Below, in pieces: positions 1 through 10,278 of a stretch of DNA of 64,000 nucleotides; position 1 is the first letter of the stretch; every line of letters begins with the position of its first letter. The translations under genes and the position numbers were made by a program. Under the pieces are notes generated by a model, which saw only the letters and a program-made list of their open reading frames with translations, did not search any database and was not told the DNA's origin. This stretch comes from Candidatus Bathyarchaeota archaeon (GTDB taxonomy: Archaea; Thermoproteota; Bathyarchaeia; 40CM-2-53-6; RBG-13-38-9): the NCBI GenBank assembly GCA_963807605.1, contig CAWECG010000004.1, positions 512,001-576,000 on the forward strand, in the 5' to 3' direction.

Positions 1-1531
1 CTACTTTATCCTCGGTCTTGATTATTGTGAAGGGGGCACCGTGGATCTCTGCGTGAAAAACCAGATCGTTCCGCTGGAGATGGCGTCGTATAAGTAGATC
101 ATTAGTTGAGGCATCCTTTCCTGCTAACACGAGAAATCCGTCGGAACTCTTGAACCAGTGAAATTTCTCATACCAAGCTCTCTCTCGAATGGGTGTTGGA
201 ATCTTGGCCTGTGCCTTCCTGAGAGCTGCCCTAGACGAGAGATCCTGGATCTTAGACTCTATTTCGCTAGTCGATTGTTCCAGCCCTTTGAGTTTTTGGA
301 CCGCCTTCTTCGCAGCAGCGTAGTACTCTTTGGCGACCTGCTGAGGGCTCTTGTCTAGACGTATTTGAAGGGCCACACCCTCAATGCTGAGTTTCACTTC
401 GTCTAGCAGAATCTCAAATGTTACCTCCGATTCTAAACCTGGAATCTCTCGGCTCACCACTTGATTGAGTTCTTTGATATTAGATTCCTTGTCCCTAGCT
501 TTGTAGATAGCCTGCATAAGCCTGGTTATGGTGTGGAAATGTTGGTAGATGATGTCGCCTCTTTCTCTGTTTGTTTTGATCGTCTCTTGAAGTAATATCC
601 TCTGTTCTGCTTGTTCTTTCGAGACGCGCCTTAGTCTTGCTTCTTCCTCTTTTTGAACGGTCTGAACTTTCTCGAGTTCAATGGTAGTTGCTTGCGTTGA
701 GAAGAATTCATCAACGACTTCATTATATGTCTTGAATTGCGTGAAGGTTTTCCCTTCGTATATCTTCAAAGGAAATGGGATGGCATCAATAGGATTGCTC
801 TTATCATCTGTTATAATAGCAGGCTCAAATTCCCTTTCGATTATGCGGCGTTTGAGAATTACAAGTGATCGGGCTATCCCCTTTACTTGAGTTTCATTAA
901 GATCCTTTGCAGGTAGTTTGTTGTCGATTCCTGAATGAAGCAGGATCTCTTCAGCGTAGAGAGGGCCTAGGGAAACGAGGGACATTAATGCTTTCAAACA
1001 TGTAGTATCACCGGTTTTCTTGATTGCTTCTAGTTCATCAGACTGCATGCTAAGAGGGTTCAGTCCGCTCAGGGGGGCAGGTCGGTAGGGTTCATTCCTG
1101 ATTACATCTCTGTCGCGCATTCTTGCATATCTTAGGCTGAGTCGGACCCTATTCTCGGGGTCAACGACTATCAAGTTCCCTCTTCTGAAGACTTCGGCAA
1201 CAAGAAGAAACTTCCCTTCACCGGTTGATATCGTCAAAGTGACCACCCTGTCGAACTCATGTTGCTCAACAGTCTGGATGGTCCCATCAACCAGGTATTT
1301 CCGCAGGGCCATGCAGAAGTTGCTTGGCTTCTGTGGAATTGGATAGTCGAATCTAGTGAGATGTATTCTTCTCTCAATCTCGACCAGAAGTCTGAGATTG
1401 TCTGGTCGTAGTCTGATTATGAAGGTTTTTGGAATAATGTGGTAAATGTTATCTAGCCGTTGCCCAACTATTTTGTCTGCCAATTCGAGGGTAACGACCG
1501 CAATGTCCACACTTGAGAGAGCATCTTTCAT
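1..1531 (-). CDS. rqcH: Ribosome rescue protein RqcH/NEMF (NFACT family); 3' end runs off the window
   Basis: Not in the ORF track. Manual translation from ATG 1531 gives MKDALSSVDI...PSNFCMALRKYL...EFDRVV...GNLIVVD, then WYEKFHWF..SDGFLVLAGKDASTND and FHAEIHGAP (NFACT-R); these are in the same frame as the window edge. Confidence 0.93.
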   Translation of the reverse strand, partial: MKDALSSVDIAVVTLELADKIVGQRLDNIYHIIPKTFIIRLRPDNLRLLVEIERRIHLTRFDYPIPQKPSNFCMALRKYLVDGTIQTVEQHEFDRVVTLTISTGEGKFLLVAEVFRRGNLIVVDPENRVRLSLRYARMRDRDVIRNEPYRPAPLSGLNPLSMQSDELEAIKKTGDTTCLKALMSLVSLGPLYAEEILLHSGIDNKLPAKDLNETQVKGIARSLVILKRRIIEREFEPAIITDDKSNPIDAIPFPLKIYEGKTFTQFKTYNEVVDEFFSTQATTIELEKVQTVQKEEEARLRRVSKEQAEQRILLQETIKTNRERGDIIYQHFHTITRLMQAIYKARDKESNIKELNQVVSREIPGLESEVTFEILLDEVKLSIEGVALQIRLDKSPQQVAKEYYAAAKKAVQKLKGLEQSTSEIESKIQDLSSRAALRKAQAKIPTPIRERAWYEKFHWFKSSDGFLVLAGKDASTNDLLIRRHLQRNDLVFHAEIHGAPFTIIKTEDKV

Positions 1532-1838
1532 TCTGCAATCACCTAGGGGAGCAACGACTAAGTCTGGACGTTATAGGCCTTCCACATTTGTTTATTGGTC
1601 TAGATTCGGATTGGGAATTCTTGCTGCACTGCTCTCTTATGGTTTGCACTTGAAGGGTTCAAGTGGCCTAACCATGGCAACATTCCTCTATTTGCTCTCG
1701 ATTATAGTGGTCAGGCGCCTCTACTTGAGTGAGAAGTCTCTTCAAACAGGCGGCAAAACAGTGATCTTAGGACTGGGAACCTATATCTTCGCCTGGGCGG
1801 CGATCTGGATTTTTCTCTACACTCTCATGCCGTACTAG
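1503..1838 (+). CDS. Small 3-TM membrane protein, EMC6/Rab5ip-like
   Basis: YWSRFGLGILAALLSYGL...GLGTYIFAWAAIWIFLYTL resembles the EMC6 pattern (..GGLFTYVLFWTFLY). Start uncertain (ATG 1503 or CTG 1533). Confidence 0.6.
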   Translation: MSTLERASFILQSPRGATTKSGRYRPSTFVYWSRFGLGILAALLSYGLHLKGSSGLTMATFLYLLSIIVVRRLYLSEKSLQTGGKTVILGLGTYIFAWAAIWIFLYTLMPY

Positions 1839-2247
1839 CCGGGGACTCTTCCGAGCTGACTTCAGAGTCTAGTTCTGTCTCCCTAGCGGTCTCAGAGCGG
1901 TTCCAAGGCTTTACTTCTTCCAGCGTCACTGTGTAGTCTGTAAGGGCTGTGAAGTAGCCTTTATCGTAGTCAGCGTGAAGTTCATTTGTTGAGTGCTTCT
2001 TAAATTCTTCTTTGAGCTTCTTAACTATGTTCTCATCTAGCTTGATCCTCTGAAGATAGAGATATCTACCGTCGTTTGACCTTAAAGTTAGGAGTAGGCC
2101 TTCTAAGGCTTTGAGGTATCCCCGGTTCCATTCAGAGTTGTCTAGGACGCCTTTTAATGCCTCGATTTTTTCCTCGCTCTCTTTGAGTCTCCGCTGAGCA
2201 ACAGCGTTAAGATAAGGGGTGGCTGCTTCCAGGTTCGAAGGTTTTAT
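1825..2247 (-). CDS. Conserved-looking helical hypothetical protein (140 aa), probable non-canonical ATA start coupled to the radA stop
   Basis: Open frame not in the ORF track: IKPSNLEAATPYLNAVAQRR...EWNRGYLKALEGLL...DYDKGYFTAL...; ATA overlaps the radA TAA (ATAA). Confidence 0.7.
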   Translation of the reverse strand: MKPSNLEAATPYLNAVAQRRLKESEEKIEALKGVLDNSEWNRGYLKALEGLLLTLRSNDGRYLYLQRIKLDENIVKKLKEEFKKHSTNELHADYDKGYFTALTDYTVTLEEVKPWNRSETARETELDSEVSSEESPASTA

Positions 2248-3251
2248 TTCCCAGCTTCCTCCTCGTCGACATCTTCTATCCCGTTCTCCGTGATCTTGAA
2301 GAGTCTCTCACCCTCTGGCAGGTAGGGGCTGGAGACGAGTCTTGCGATTCTGACGGGGCCGCTGGCTGTCCTGCGTAAGAAGATCCTTGTGTGGCTTGTG
2401 TGTGCAACTATATGTCCGCCAACAGCCTCAACGGCCATGGCGAAGAAAGCATCTGGCCTTGACATCACTTGATTTGTTACTACGGCCACTGCGTTGAAGG
2501 CCCTTGCCAGTCTCGAGAGTCTGTGCATATGTTTGTTTATCTTTTGCTGTCTCTCAGCCAGCATTTCCCTTCCCAGATACTCGCTTCGGAAGTGGGCTGT
2601 CAATGAGTCTATTATTATGAGGCGGATGTTGTTCTGTTTTATTATTTGGTCAGCCTTCTCGAGGAGAAGTATTTGGTGGTCGCTATTGTATGCTTCTGAG
2701 TAGATTATGTTCTTTGCGACAGTCTCCGGCTCCATACCAAGGTGTTTGGACATTCGCACTATCCATTCGGGTCTGAAGGTCTGTTCTGTATCTATGTAGA
2801 GTGCTCCTCCATTCAGGCCTCCTTGGTCAACCGGCTTCTGAACATTGACGCAGAGCTGGTGGCACAATATTGATTTACCGACACCATATTGCCCATAGAA
2901 CTCAGTGATCGTCATGCTCTCCAAGCCGCCACCTACCAGTTCATCAATAGTCTTACTTCCTGAGCTGAGCCGCAGTAGATTCTCTCGCATCTTTATGAGT
3001 TCATTTGCCGGTATGAAGGATATTGAAATGCTATCTCGTGCTTGAGAGATTATCTTGGCTGCCTGCTTCTCACTTATTCCCACTGGGACTAGCTCTTTCA
3101 CAGTGGCGGTTGCCAGAGACTCGATAGTCTGGTATCCTAGCTCTCTTAGTTTGTCTGCGGTGGCAGGTCCGACTCCTCCAAGATCTTCTATCGAATCGAA
3201 CTTTTGCTTGGTCTCCTCAGTGACCTCATTTGCGCTTTTCTTGGCAGGCAG
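2244..3251 (-). CDS. radA: DNA repair and recombination protein RadA
   Basis: Walker A GQYGVGKS, YIDTEQTF, DSLTAHFRSE, VGGHIVAH. The frame extends upstream of 3101 through the HhH (IEDLGGVGPATADKL) to CTG 3251, with SD GAGGTGA 7 nt upstream. Confidence 0.96.
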   Translation of the reverse strand: MPAKKSANEVTEETKQKFDSIEDLGGVGPATADKLRELGYQTIESLATATVKELVPVGISEKQAAKIISQARDSISISFIPANELIKMRENLLRLSSGSKTIDELVGGGLESMTITEFYGQYGVGKSILCHQLCVNVQKPVDQGGLNGGALYIDTEQTFRPEWIVRMSKHLGMEPETVAKNIIYSEAYNSDHQILLLEKADQIIKQNNIRLIIIDSLTAHFRSEYLGREMLAERQQKINKHMHRLSRLARAFNAVAVVTNQVMSRPDAFFAMAVEAVGGHIVAHTSHTRIFLRRTASGPVRIARLVSSPYLPEGERLFKITENGIEDVDEEEAGK

Positions 3252-3451
3252 TTTATCTTCACCTCAATAAGATTTTGTAACTTCTGTCTTCGCTGGATCC
3301 GGGGCAGAATGTTCTCTACTTCTAGACTGTTTGAGAGAGCGGATATAAGAGGAAGAGTGGTCTGAAAGTTCTTCCCATCCTGAATTCGGAGTTAGACGCT
3401 TGTATTTGTTCATTGTACTATACTTTTACCTTCTCAGTCTTGCGCGTGTTC

Positions 3452-4201
3452 TTACCTCATTCCACGACCGCCGCCTACTGTAAGAACCTCGCCCGTGATG
3501 AAGTCTGATTCCTCAGATGCCAGAAAGAGCGCCGCATATGCGATTTCATCAGGCTTTCCTATCCTCTTCATGAGCGTCTCATCGATGACTCTATTCTTCC
3601 ACTCAGGAGTGAAGAAAGTCACCATATCAGTCTCAATGACTCCAGGAGAGATTGCATTGACGTTGATGTTTGGCCCCAAGTTTACCGCCAGTGAACGTGT
3701 CAGACCAATTACTCCAGCTTTGGACGCTACGTAAGGCGTGTTTCCAAGGGCTGTCCTCTGAGCCAGTCCGCAGACCGATGCTATGTTGACTATCTTGCCT
3801 CTCTTCTGGTTGAGCATGATCGGTGCAACCTCTTTACAGCAGAGGTAGGCGCCTTTCAGGTTGATGCCCATCGTCTTGTCCCAAATCTCTTCTGTGGAGT
3901 CAAGAAAGGTCGCTGGAACTAGTATCCCCGCGTTGTTGACGAGAATGTCTATTCGGCCGAATTTTTCAATGGTTTTCTCAACCATCCTCTTGACTTGGTC
4001 TGCCTTGGAGACATCGCCCTTCACAAGTAACGCTTCCCCCCCATTCTTCCTGATCTCTTCCGCTAGGCTTGTGGCCTCTTTCTCGGATCTGCTGTAGTTA
4101 ATTACGACTTTGGCTCCTTCTTGAGCGAAGAGTCTTGCTGTCGCGCGGCCGATTCCACGGCCGGCGCCTGTTACGATTGCAACTTTGCCTTTCAATCTCA
4201 T
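3452..4201 (-). CDS. Short-chain dehydrogenase/reductase (FabG-like)
   Basis: TGAGRGIG, NNAG and YVASK motifs. Confidence 0.92.
   Translation of the reverse strand: MRLKGKVAIVTGAGRGIGRATARLFAQEGAKVVINYSRSEKEATSLAEEIRKNGGEALLVKGDVSKADQVKRMVEKTIEKFGRIDILVNNAGILVPATFLDSTEEIWDKTMGINLKGAYLCCKEVAPIMLNQKRGKIVNIASVCGLAQRTALGNTPYVASKAGVIGLTRSLAVNLGPNINVNAISPGVIETDMVTFFTPEWKNRVIDETLMKRIGKPDEIAYAALFLASEESDFITGEVLTVGGGRGMR
3885..4160. repeat. Near-identical ~275-bp tract shared with the SDR paralog at 19384-19658
   Basis: By-eye comparison shows only a handful of substitutions plus one C-run indel. Confidence 0.85.
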
Positions 4202-4502
4202 ACATTACACCCGGATCATAAGTTGAGCAGGAAGCATGGTCTTTTCTAGACGCTTCTAAAGCTTTCGAGAGAACTGCTGGCAGAGTGGTGAGCGAGCGCG
4301 TGGTGACGAGCGCCTCCTATCTCACAGGGACAGAATGAGTTTACCAGTCATAGTGTCCAAGAACAGAGTTCCAGTATTGCCGACGGATAGCCTCCACTAG
4401 AACTCGTGTATGTTTGAATTCTCACAATTCTAGGAGGAACTCGTCTTCTTGTAGACGTGCTTAGCAGCTACGGCAGGGAGGTGCCGTAAGATCGGACACA
4501 CA

Positions 4503-5048
4503 TTACAAACCGCGAGCCAATTCGTACGCATCTTCACTAATCTTTTCAAGCTCTGTCTTTGTGGGTTTTCCTCGTATATCCCCCATTCTGCCTTTGGTGC
4601 TCAGCTCCTCAGATCCATGAAACTCACCAAGCACACACCATTCACCAACTGACGTGAAACCAAGATGCTCGAGGAATTGCCCCATGATCTTGCAGACAGG
4701 GATGGCTTCGTTCATTCCCGTATGGGGACCCGAGTATGTACAGAATGGCAGCACATATTTCCCAGAAATTGCAGGTGAGCCAGTCTTAACCAATCCTTTG
4801 CCTCGATAGTACTCATGCTTCTTCATCAAGAAGTCACTGACCGATTTCATCGGCTGCCATTGGTACGACGGTGAACCGATACAGACGAGATCAAAATCGA
4901 AGTAGCCTATATCCCCGGCATCCGCCGCCTTCCGGAGGAGAACACCCACTCCTGCTCGTTCCAACCCATTCTTTATTGCATGAGCGACCTTCTCCGTGTT
5001 GCCACCCTTTGAATCGTATATTATGATCGCTTGTTTCAAACTGTCCAA
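4503..5048 (-). CDS. Flavodoxin family protein
   Basis: IIYDSKGGNTEKVA FMN loop, IGSPSY, FCTYSG. Confidence 0.85.
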   Translation of the reverse strand: MDSLKQAIIIYDSKGGNTEKVAHAIKNGLERAGVGVLLRKAADAGDIGYFDFDLVCIGSPSYQWQPMKSVSDFLMKKHEYYRGKGLVKTGSPAISGKYVLPFCTYSGPHTGMNEAIPVCKIMGQFLEHLGFTSVGEWCVLGEFHGSEELSTKGRMGDIRGKPTKTELEKISEDAYELARGL

Positions 5049-5403
5049 GACACCTGTCGAAGATTTGATTCAGAAAATATAGGTACGCTTGGAGAATGAT
5101 ATAAGCGGAATGCTGCACTCGCAAGTTACGGACACTACTTTGGTTACGCGAGCTATGACAAGCGCTTTCTTATCTGGGTCAATCGATCTAATCATGTATC
5201 TTAATTATTCAAGGGAGGTTTTGCAGGACCATCGTGGGCATTATCGAGAAAGCGCTCGCGTAATGGCCGATCTACGCTAGACTCAATTTGGCCAAAGCTC
5301 TTCAGTAGAGACTCGTGGGCATGACGTGCGCCAAATCCGTCTACCTTCAAATTTCAGAATGTCTATTCATCGTTGAAAAGCGCTGCCGGATTCCATGTTA
5401 CAG

Positions 5404-7977
5404 TCAGTTTCTATTTAGGATCTTTAGTGCTAGCAATGGGACGAATAGGGATCCTAGAATTATAGTTGATAGAACCAGAATCGAAGAAGTAATCATAATC
5501 AGAGTCGACATGTAAGTGAGCAGGCCGACTGTCAAGAGTAAAATGGAGAACACTAAGACCAAGGCTGTCCAAGTGAGCAGTCTTTTACATCTCTTCTGGC
5601 CTGCTCTTCTGGACGCGACGGCCAGTACCGGACCAAGGTAGATGATACCAATCAAAAGACTGGCGATGAGTCCTGCAATTGTAACCGCAACCTCCGGTGC
5701 GAATGCTAGGTTCGTATATGATATCTCTGACAAATGGAGAATGCCCAGCAGTGGGAGAAGGAGAACCTTGATAGGATCCCTCACCGAGGGAGTCTGCACG
5801 ATCCAACTGGCGACTTTAGGGCTGAACGAGTAGTACCAGGTGTTGAAGACTTTCATGAATTCTGTGCCTGCAACTGTTGAGAGCACGAGATTATCCCGGA
5901 AACCTCTTAGGAACTGTACCTCTGGGGCGAGTTCAGACCCGTAGGTGGCGGTCGCGATTATGCATTTACCGATTGAGGAGGTCTTGTTGATCACGTCGAG
6001 CCCTAGAGGAGTTGTATGAGTTTTGCTGGCGCTGGATGCCGTTAAAGTCAAACTGTAAAGTCCAGGACTGGTCGAATTGCTGGTTTGAATTGTCAACTTG
6101 GTGTACACGTAGCCACCGGAAAAAGGAGCGATAGCTGGATTTGTTATTGAATAGGTAACGCCGGTTGGGACATTTTGAAGTGCAAGATTAACTGTATCTG
6201 TAAAACTGTTTATTGAGACTACTTGAATTGTGGCCGTACCGGAGCTATTCTGAGTAACCGAGAGTGTAGCGGGTAACACGTATACTGAAAAGTCAGGCGC
6301 ATTAAGCGTGCTAATAGTAATTGTTACTTGAGAAGACTTTGAAGAGACGCCGGGGCTGCTTCCAGTTACTGTGATGTTGTATGTGCCGGGGATGGCATCG
6401 GGAGCAACTGAGACATTTAGCGTTGACTGCACAGGTGAATTAGGATTAGGGGTTACACTGCTGGGTGAAAATACGCCGGCGGTTCCCGGTGGATTATTCG
6501 TCAATGCCAGCGATACGGGAGAATTGAAGTTGTTGAATGAAGTTACTGTGACCGTGAATGTTGTGGAGCTGCCTCGAAAGGCATTGTTCGCAGTGGGCGA
6601 TGCTGAGAGGGTGAAGTAGGGTGTTGTTGACTGGCTGACAGTAACAGATGCGGTTGCACTATGTGTGAGAGAGCCCCCTGTGCCAGTTACAGTAAACTGG
6701 GAAGCTCCAGTAGCAGTGCTTGAACTGGTCGATATGCTCAGCATGATTGGGATGCCTGCGCTTGTCGGAGTGACACCATTGCTGTTGAAGGCAGCTGTAC
6801 TTCCGGTAGGAATACCTGAAATACTCAGAGTTACAGGTGAGGAGAAGCTGCCACCAGAGAGCAACATCACCGTATAGGATGCTGTTGAGCCTACGACTAC
6901 GCTCTGGGTAGGCGGAGTTACTCCTATACTGAAATCATTTCCTGCGAAAACATTTAGGATAACTGAGACTTGGTGTACTGCCGCGGTATCTTGGCCCGTA
7001 ATGGTTACCAGAAACTTCCCGGTTCCAACGCCGATTGCTGTAGAAGGCCTAATTATCAGGTTCAAACGACTGGGCGTACTAGTGTCGGTGACGTTTTGAG
7101 GAGTGAAAGTGTAAGAGGAGCCTGGAGGTAAACCGGTAGCGCTCAAGGTGACAGTACTTACAGTTTGATTCAATATCCGGTTAGGAGTCACAGTAATAAC
7201 GTAGGTTGCTGAGGAGCCCTGAGTTGCAGTATTGGTTCGCGTTAAAGTTTTAAGGAAGAAGTCTGGGGTGCCTATGGGTAGAGTTGGTGGAGTTGCCACT
7301 GAATATTGGTCGCATTGGAACTGCAACCGGTAACTCTTTATATCATCTGTATTTGAAGCGGTAATCCCAAAACTCGCAGAATAAGCGCCAGGCATGTTGG
7401 GGTAAGTTAGGTTAATTGAACTTACGTACGACCAGTTTGCATAATTCACGCTACCAAGGCTATCGTAAAAGGTTGCAATTGCCTGGACAAAAGTCACATT
7501 GTTCTTAGCTGTGTTGCTGACTTGACCACTTAGATGGTATCTGCCTGAATTATCTACAGAGGGTAGGATGTTGTAAGCGGTAAAGTTTCTGTAAGGCACG
7601 TTGTCAAAGACATTCGTGGCAACGCTAGGCGCGTCGAAACTCGGGTATTGGGAGCTTAGAGTACTGTTCGCCAGCATCAAGTCAAAAGGAGCTTTCTGAC
7701 CAGGGATCAATAAATCGACCATGGTATTTGTTGAAACAGGTACAGAGACGCCGCTGGGGAGTCGAAATGTGGTGGAGACTAGAGCGGAAATATTTGTCGA
7801 ACCAGTGTTAGTCACTTCACCGAACACATGGAACCATCCATCGGCGTAAATTCCTCCGGTAGTGTTGGTGCCTACCACCTGCCCTTCGACTCTGCCGCTT
7901 GGCAGTAGAAAAGAAGAGCATCCAAGTAGGACAATAAGTAGAATCAGCCTTTTTGCTAGCTGCATGGCTAAAGCCAC
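5404..7977 (-). CDS. Surface protein: signal peptide, two FxLYD-like domains, ~4 Ig-like repeats, CFI-box-CTERM and TM helices
   Basis: VFGEVTNTG..L.PGQKAPF; repeated DF.L...P....V..G.S..YTV; GKCIIATATYGSELAPEVQFLRGFRD. Confidence 0.85.
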   Translation of the reverse strand: MALAMQLAKRLILLIVLLGCSSFLLPSGRVEGQVVGTNTTGGIYADGWFHVFGEVTNTGSTNISALVSTTFRLPSGVSVPVSTNTMVDLLIPGQKAPFDLMLANSTLSSQYPSFDAPSVATNVFDNVPYRNFTAYNILPSVDNSGRYHLSGQVSNTAKNNVTFVQAIATFYDSLGSVNYANWSYVSSINLTYPNMPGAYSASFGITASNTDDIKSYRLQFQCDQYSVATPPTLPIGTPDFFLKTLTRTNTATQGSSATYVITVTPNRILNQTVSTVTLSATGLPPGSSYTFTPQNVTDTSTPSRLNLIIRPSTAIGVGTGKFLVTITGQDTAAVHQVSVILNVFAGNDFSIGVTPPTQSVVVGSTASYTVMLLSGGSFSSPVTLSISGIPTGSTAAFNSNGVTPTSAGIPIMLSISTSSSTATGASQFTVTGTGGSLTHSATASVTVSQSTTPYFTLSASPTANNAFRGSSTTFTVTVTSFNNFNSPVSLALTNNPPGTAGVFSPSSVTPNPNSPVQSTLNVSVAPDAIPGTYNITVTGSSPGVSSKSSQVTITISTLNAPDFSVYVLPATLSVTQNSSGTATIQVVSINSFTDTVNLALQNVPTGVTYSITNPAIAPFSGGYVYTKLTIQTSNSTSPGLYSLTLTASSASKTHTTPLGLDVINKTSSIGKCIIATATYGSELAPEVQFLRGFRDNLVLSTVAGTEFMKVFNTWYYSFSPKVASWIVQTPSVRDPIKVLLLPLLGILHLSEISYTNLAFAPEVAVTIAGLIASLLIGIIYLGPVLAVASRRAGQKRCKRLLTWTALVLVFSILLLTVGLLTYMSTLIMITSSILVLSTIILGSLFVPLLALKILNRN

Positions 7978-8370
7978 ATACTCCTTGTTAACTCAAGGCT
8001 ATTTAGTTCTTTTCGCAGGAAGCACGAGCTATCTTTCCACTGGAGCCCCTCCTAGGATGATCTGTTAGCAGTACAAAAAAGCAGTGTCGACACCAAGCAC
8101 AATCAATTAACGGTGGCGTCGGAGCCTGCCCGTTCTTCTCGATTATACGCGCTTAGATCCCGGTAGCACTCCAGAGTTTGTGGTAACTTATCCTTTTGAG
8201 GTTAGGAGAAAAGTGAAGGAGGTCGAGAGAATCATAAGGGGTCTGCGGCAGTCCCGAGGGTTCAACAGCCTCAAAAGAACTTGAGTGATAGAGGCGTACA
8301 ATAAATGGAAAAAGCGGAACAGAGCTCATACGGACGACGTGTAGTGGCCCTGTCCCTTCAGGTCATTGGG

Positions 8371-8817
8371 TTACTTGCCTGCTATACCTAGAATTGCGCC
8401 TATGACTCCAAAGATCAGCGCTATCAGTCCTATCGCCAGCACTACGTAAACCCAGACTACGGTTATGAAGTAGACAACCACCAAGTAGACATTGGCTAGG
8501 GAGCATAAGAATACCATGATCCCGCCTAAAGCTAGGTAGCGCTGCCATATGAGGAAAGCCCCGAGGAAGATGAGTATGCCAAGAATTGTACCCGCCACAA
8601 CTCCGCCATACATGTAAGGAGCTAACCATCCGGGCACGTCACCCGGAAACAGATAGGCTACGAGTGTTGCTGCGATCCCTGCAAGGATTGTTATGATGCC
8701 GGCGATTAGGGATAATGCAAATCCTTTGACGGCTCTAGGCCTCGGAATAAATGTTGGCGGCGGCGGATAACCTACAATAGGAATAGGGATAGCGCGTAGA
8801 AGTTCACGGCTCATCAT
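8371..8817 (-). CDS. Hypothetical 4-TM membrane protein with Pro-rich N-terminus
   Basis: Four hydrophobic segments; 148-aa ORF. Confidence 0.7.
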   Translation of the reverse strand: MMSRELLRAIPIPIVGYPPPPTFIPRPRAVKGFALSLIAGIITILAGIAATLVAYLFPGDVPGWLAPYMYGGVVAGTILGILIFLGAFLIWQRYLALGGIMVFLCSLANVYLVVVYFITVVWVYVVLAIGLIALIFGVIGAILGIAGK

Positions 8818-8944
8818 TTTCCCAGCTACTAAGAGTAGTAGGTTGAATAATTCTTAAGACTTTGGATTCTCACAAGTTGCCAGCCTATCGGTCTTAGGTT
8901 CTTTGATCCTTCGTCATGTGTTGAAGATGTTAATCGTCTGAGGT

Positions 8945-10210
8945 TTAGGTAAGTACAAGAACCGCCGATATCAGGAGCACTGCACCGATTATTGTCCTCT
9001 GCACAAGCCTTCCTTTGAACTGGACTGTACTCAGACGGTTGACTTTGATCATGCCTAGCCCTATGAGTAAACCAATCACAATAATGGGCGTGGCCACTCC
9101 CAATGTGAAGATAATGATGTCCATCAACGGAGTAACTGAATTGACCAGCAGGATCAAAAGAAATAGTGCAATGCATGGGAGTTTTATCAGTGAGAATATA
9201 ACGCCGAGGACGAAGTCGTAAACGGGACTGTTCGTGCTTCTGGCTGTATCGAGAAAATTCTTTACGGGTTGGGGGGTTTTGAACAGGGGCACCTTTGGTT
9301 CAATGCTGCTGCCGCCCCCCCATTTTCGGGAATAGATGTCTTGACCAACTTCTACAAAGTAGAGAAGTCCCATGCCGATCAGGATCAAGGCGATTAGCCA
9401 AGTCAGTGATACCAGAGATCCCATTACAGCTGGGTTCGATGCGATTAGAGAGAAGAAGATGATGTACGCGTAGATCAGCCCCAGTGAGATTAGGCCGATC
9501 CTCCTAGCTACGCTTTTGAGTTCAGTCTTTGTTGCGGTTGCAAAGAAGAAGGACACAAGTGCGATCAAGCATGGATTGAAACCAGATATCGCTCCGAGAG
9601 CAAAAACCAGAGGCTGCGAGAACCGCGCTTCCTTCTTCACCTGAACTGGTCGTATCACAGATCCCCTTGCAAGGTAGTAGGCTGCTTTCTGAACTTTCAT
9701 GTCGTCAAGCGGTGGAATAAAGACCATGCCAACTTTCGAGTTATGGATGACAACCACGGTCCCGCCGAACTCGCTTCCGGAGATGTTGAACGCTTTGAAG
9801 TAGGCTTCTCCAACATCCTTCCTTCTGAAGTAGTTGATCGCGTTGATTGTTATCTCATTGTCAGTGAGGTTTCCTTTCCATGTCGGATATGATTTCGTGA
9901 TATACAGGTTCTTTGTGTCCTCGCAAGCGGGGCAACTGGTATAGTAGAGAAATACAATGTGGGTCTTGTTGTCCAAGTTCAGTCCCTTCTGCGGTTCGAA
10001 AAATATGGCAGGGACTCCAAGAATATTCTGTGGTTGAATACCTTCGCTTTGCGGACTTTTGTTTACATTCTTTGCCATCAAGAACCAAGCATTTCCGAGA
10101 GTTGCAACGAGGATAACCAGGATTACCAGTAGGAAAAGAAGATACTTCGCGTTCTTTGAGGACACCTCGCTTCCACATCTCCTTCCGAGTGATCTTCGCA
10201 GGTTATTCAT
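8945..10210 (-). CDS. Thioredoxin-like (CxxC) domain fused to a CcdA/DsbD-beta membrane domain
   Basis: CPAC; GFNPCL and LPCIA transmembrane cysteines. Confidence 0.8.
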   Translation of the reverse strand: MNNLRRSLGRRCGSEVSSKNAKYLLFLLVILVILVATLGNAWFLMAKNVNKSPQSEGIQPQNILGVPAIFFEPQKGLNLDNKTHIVFLYYTSCPACEDTKNLYITKSYPTWKGNLTDNEITINAINYFRRKDVGEAYFKAFNISGSEFGGTVVVIHNSKVGMVFIPPLDDMKVQKAAYYLARGSVIRPVQVKKEARFSQPLVFALGAISGFNPCLIALVSFFFATATKTELKSVARRIGLISLGLIYAYIIFFSLIASNPAVMGSLVSLTWLIALILIGMGLLYFVEVGQDIYSRKWGGGSSIEPKVPLFKTPQPVKNFLDTARSTNSPVYDFVLGVIFSLIKLPCIALFLLILLVNSVTPLMDIIIFTLGVATPIIVIGLLIGLGMIKVNRLSTVQFKGRLVQRTIIGAVLLISAVLVLT

Positions 10211-10278
10211 CTAGGCAATAAGCTTCCAAGCTAAACGTAATGTTCCTATTAGAACCTATTCATACTGTCTGAGCGACA

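Noticed and set aside
4460-4495. Hairpin TACGGCA-GGGAGG-TGCCGTA
   Set aside because: Single isolated stem with no copies or IS-end context; function cannot be supported.
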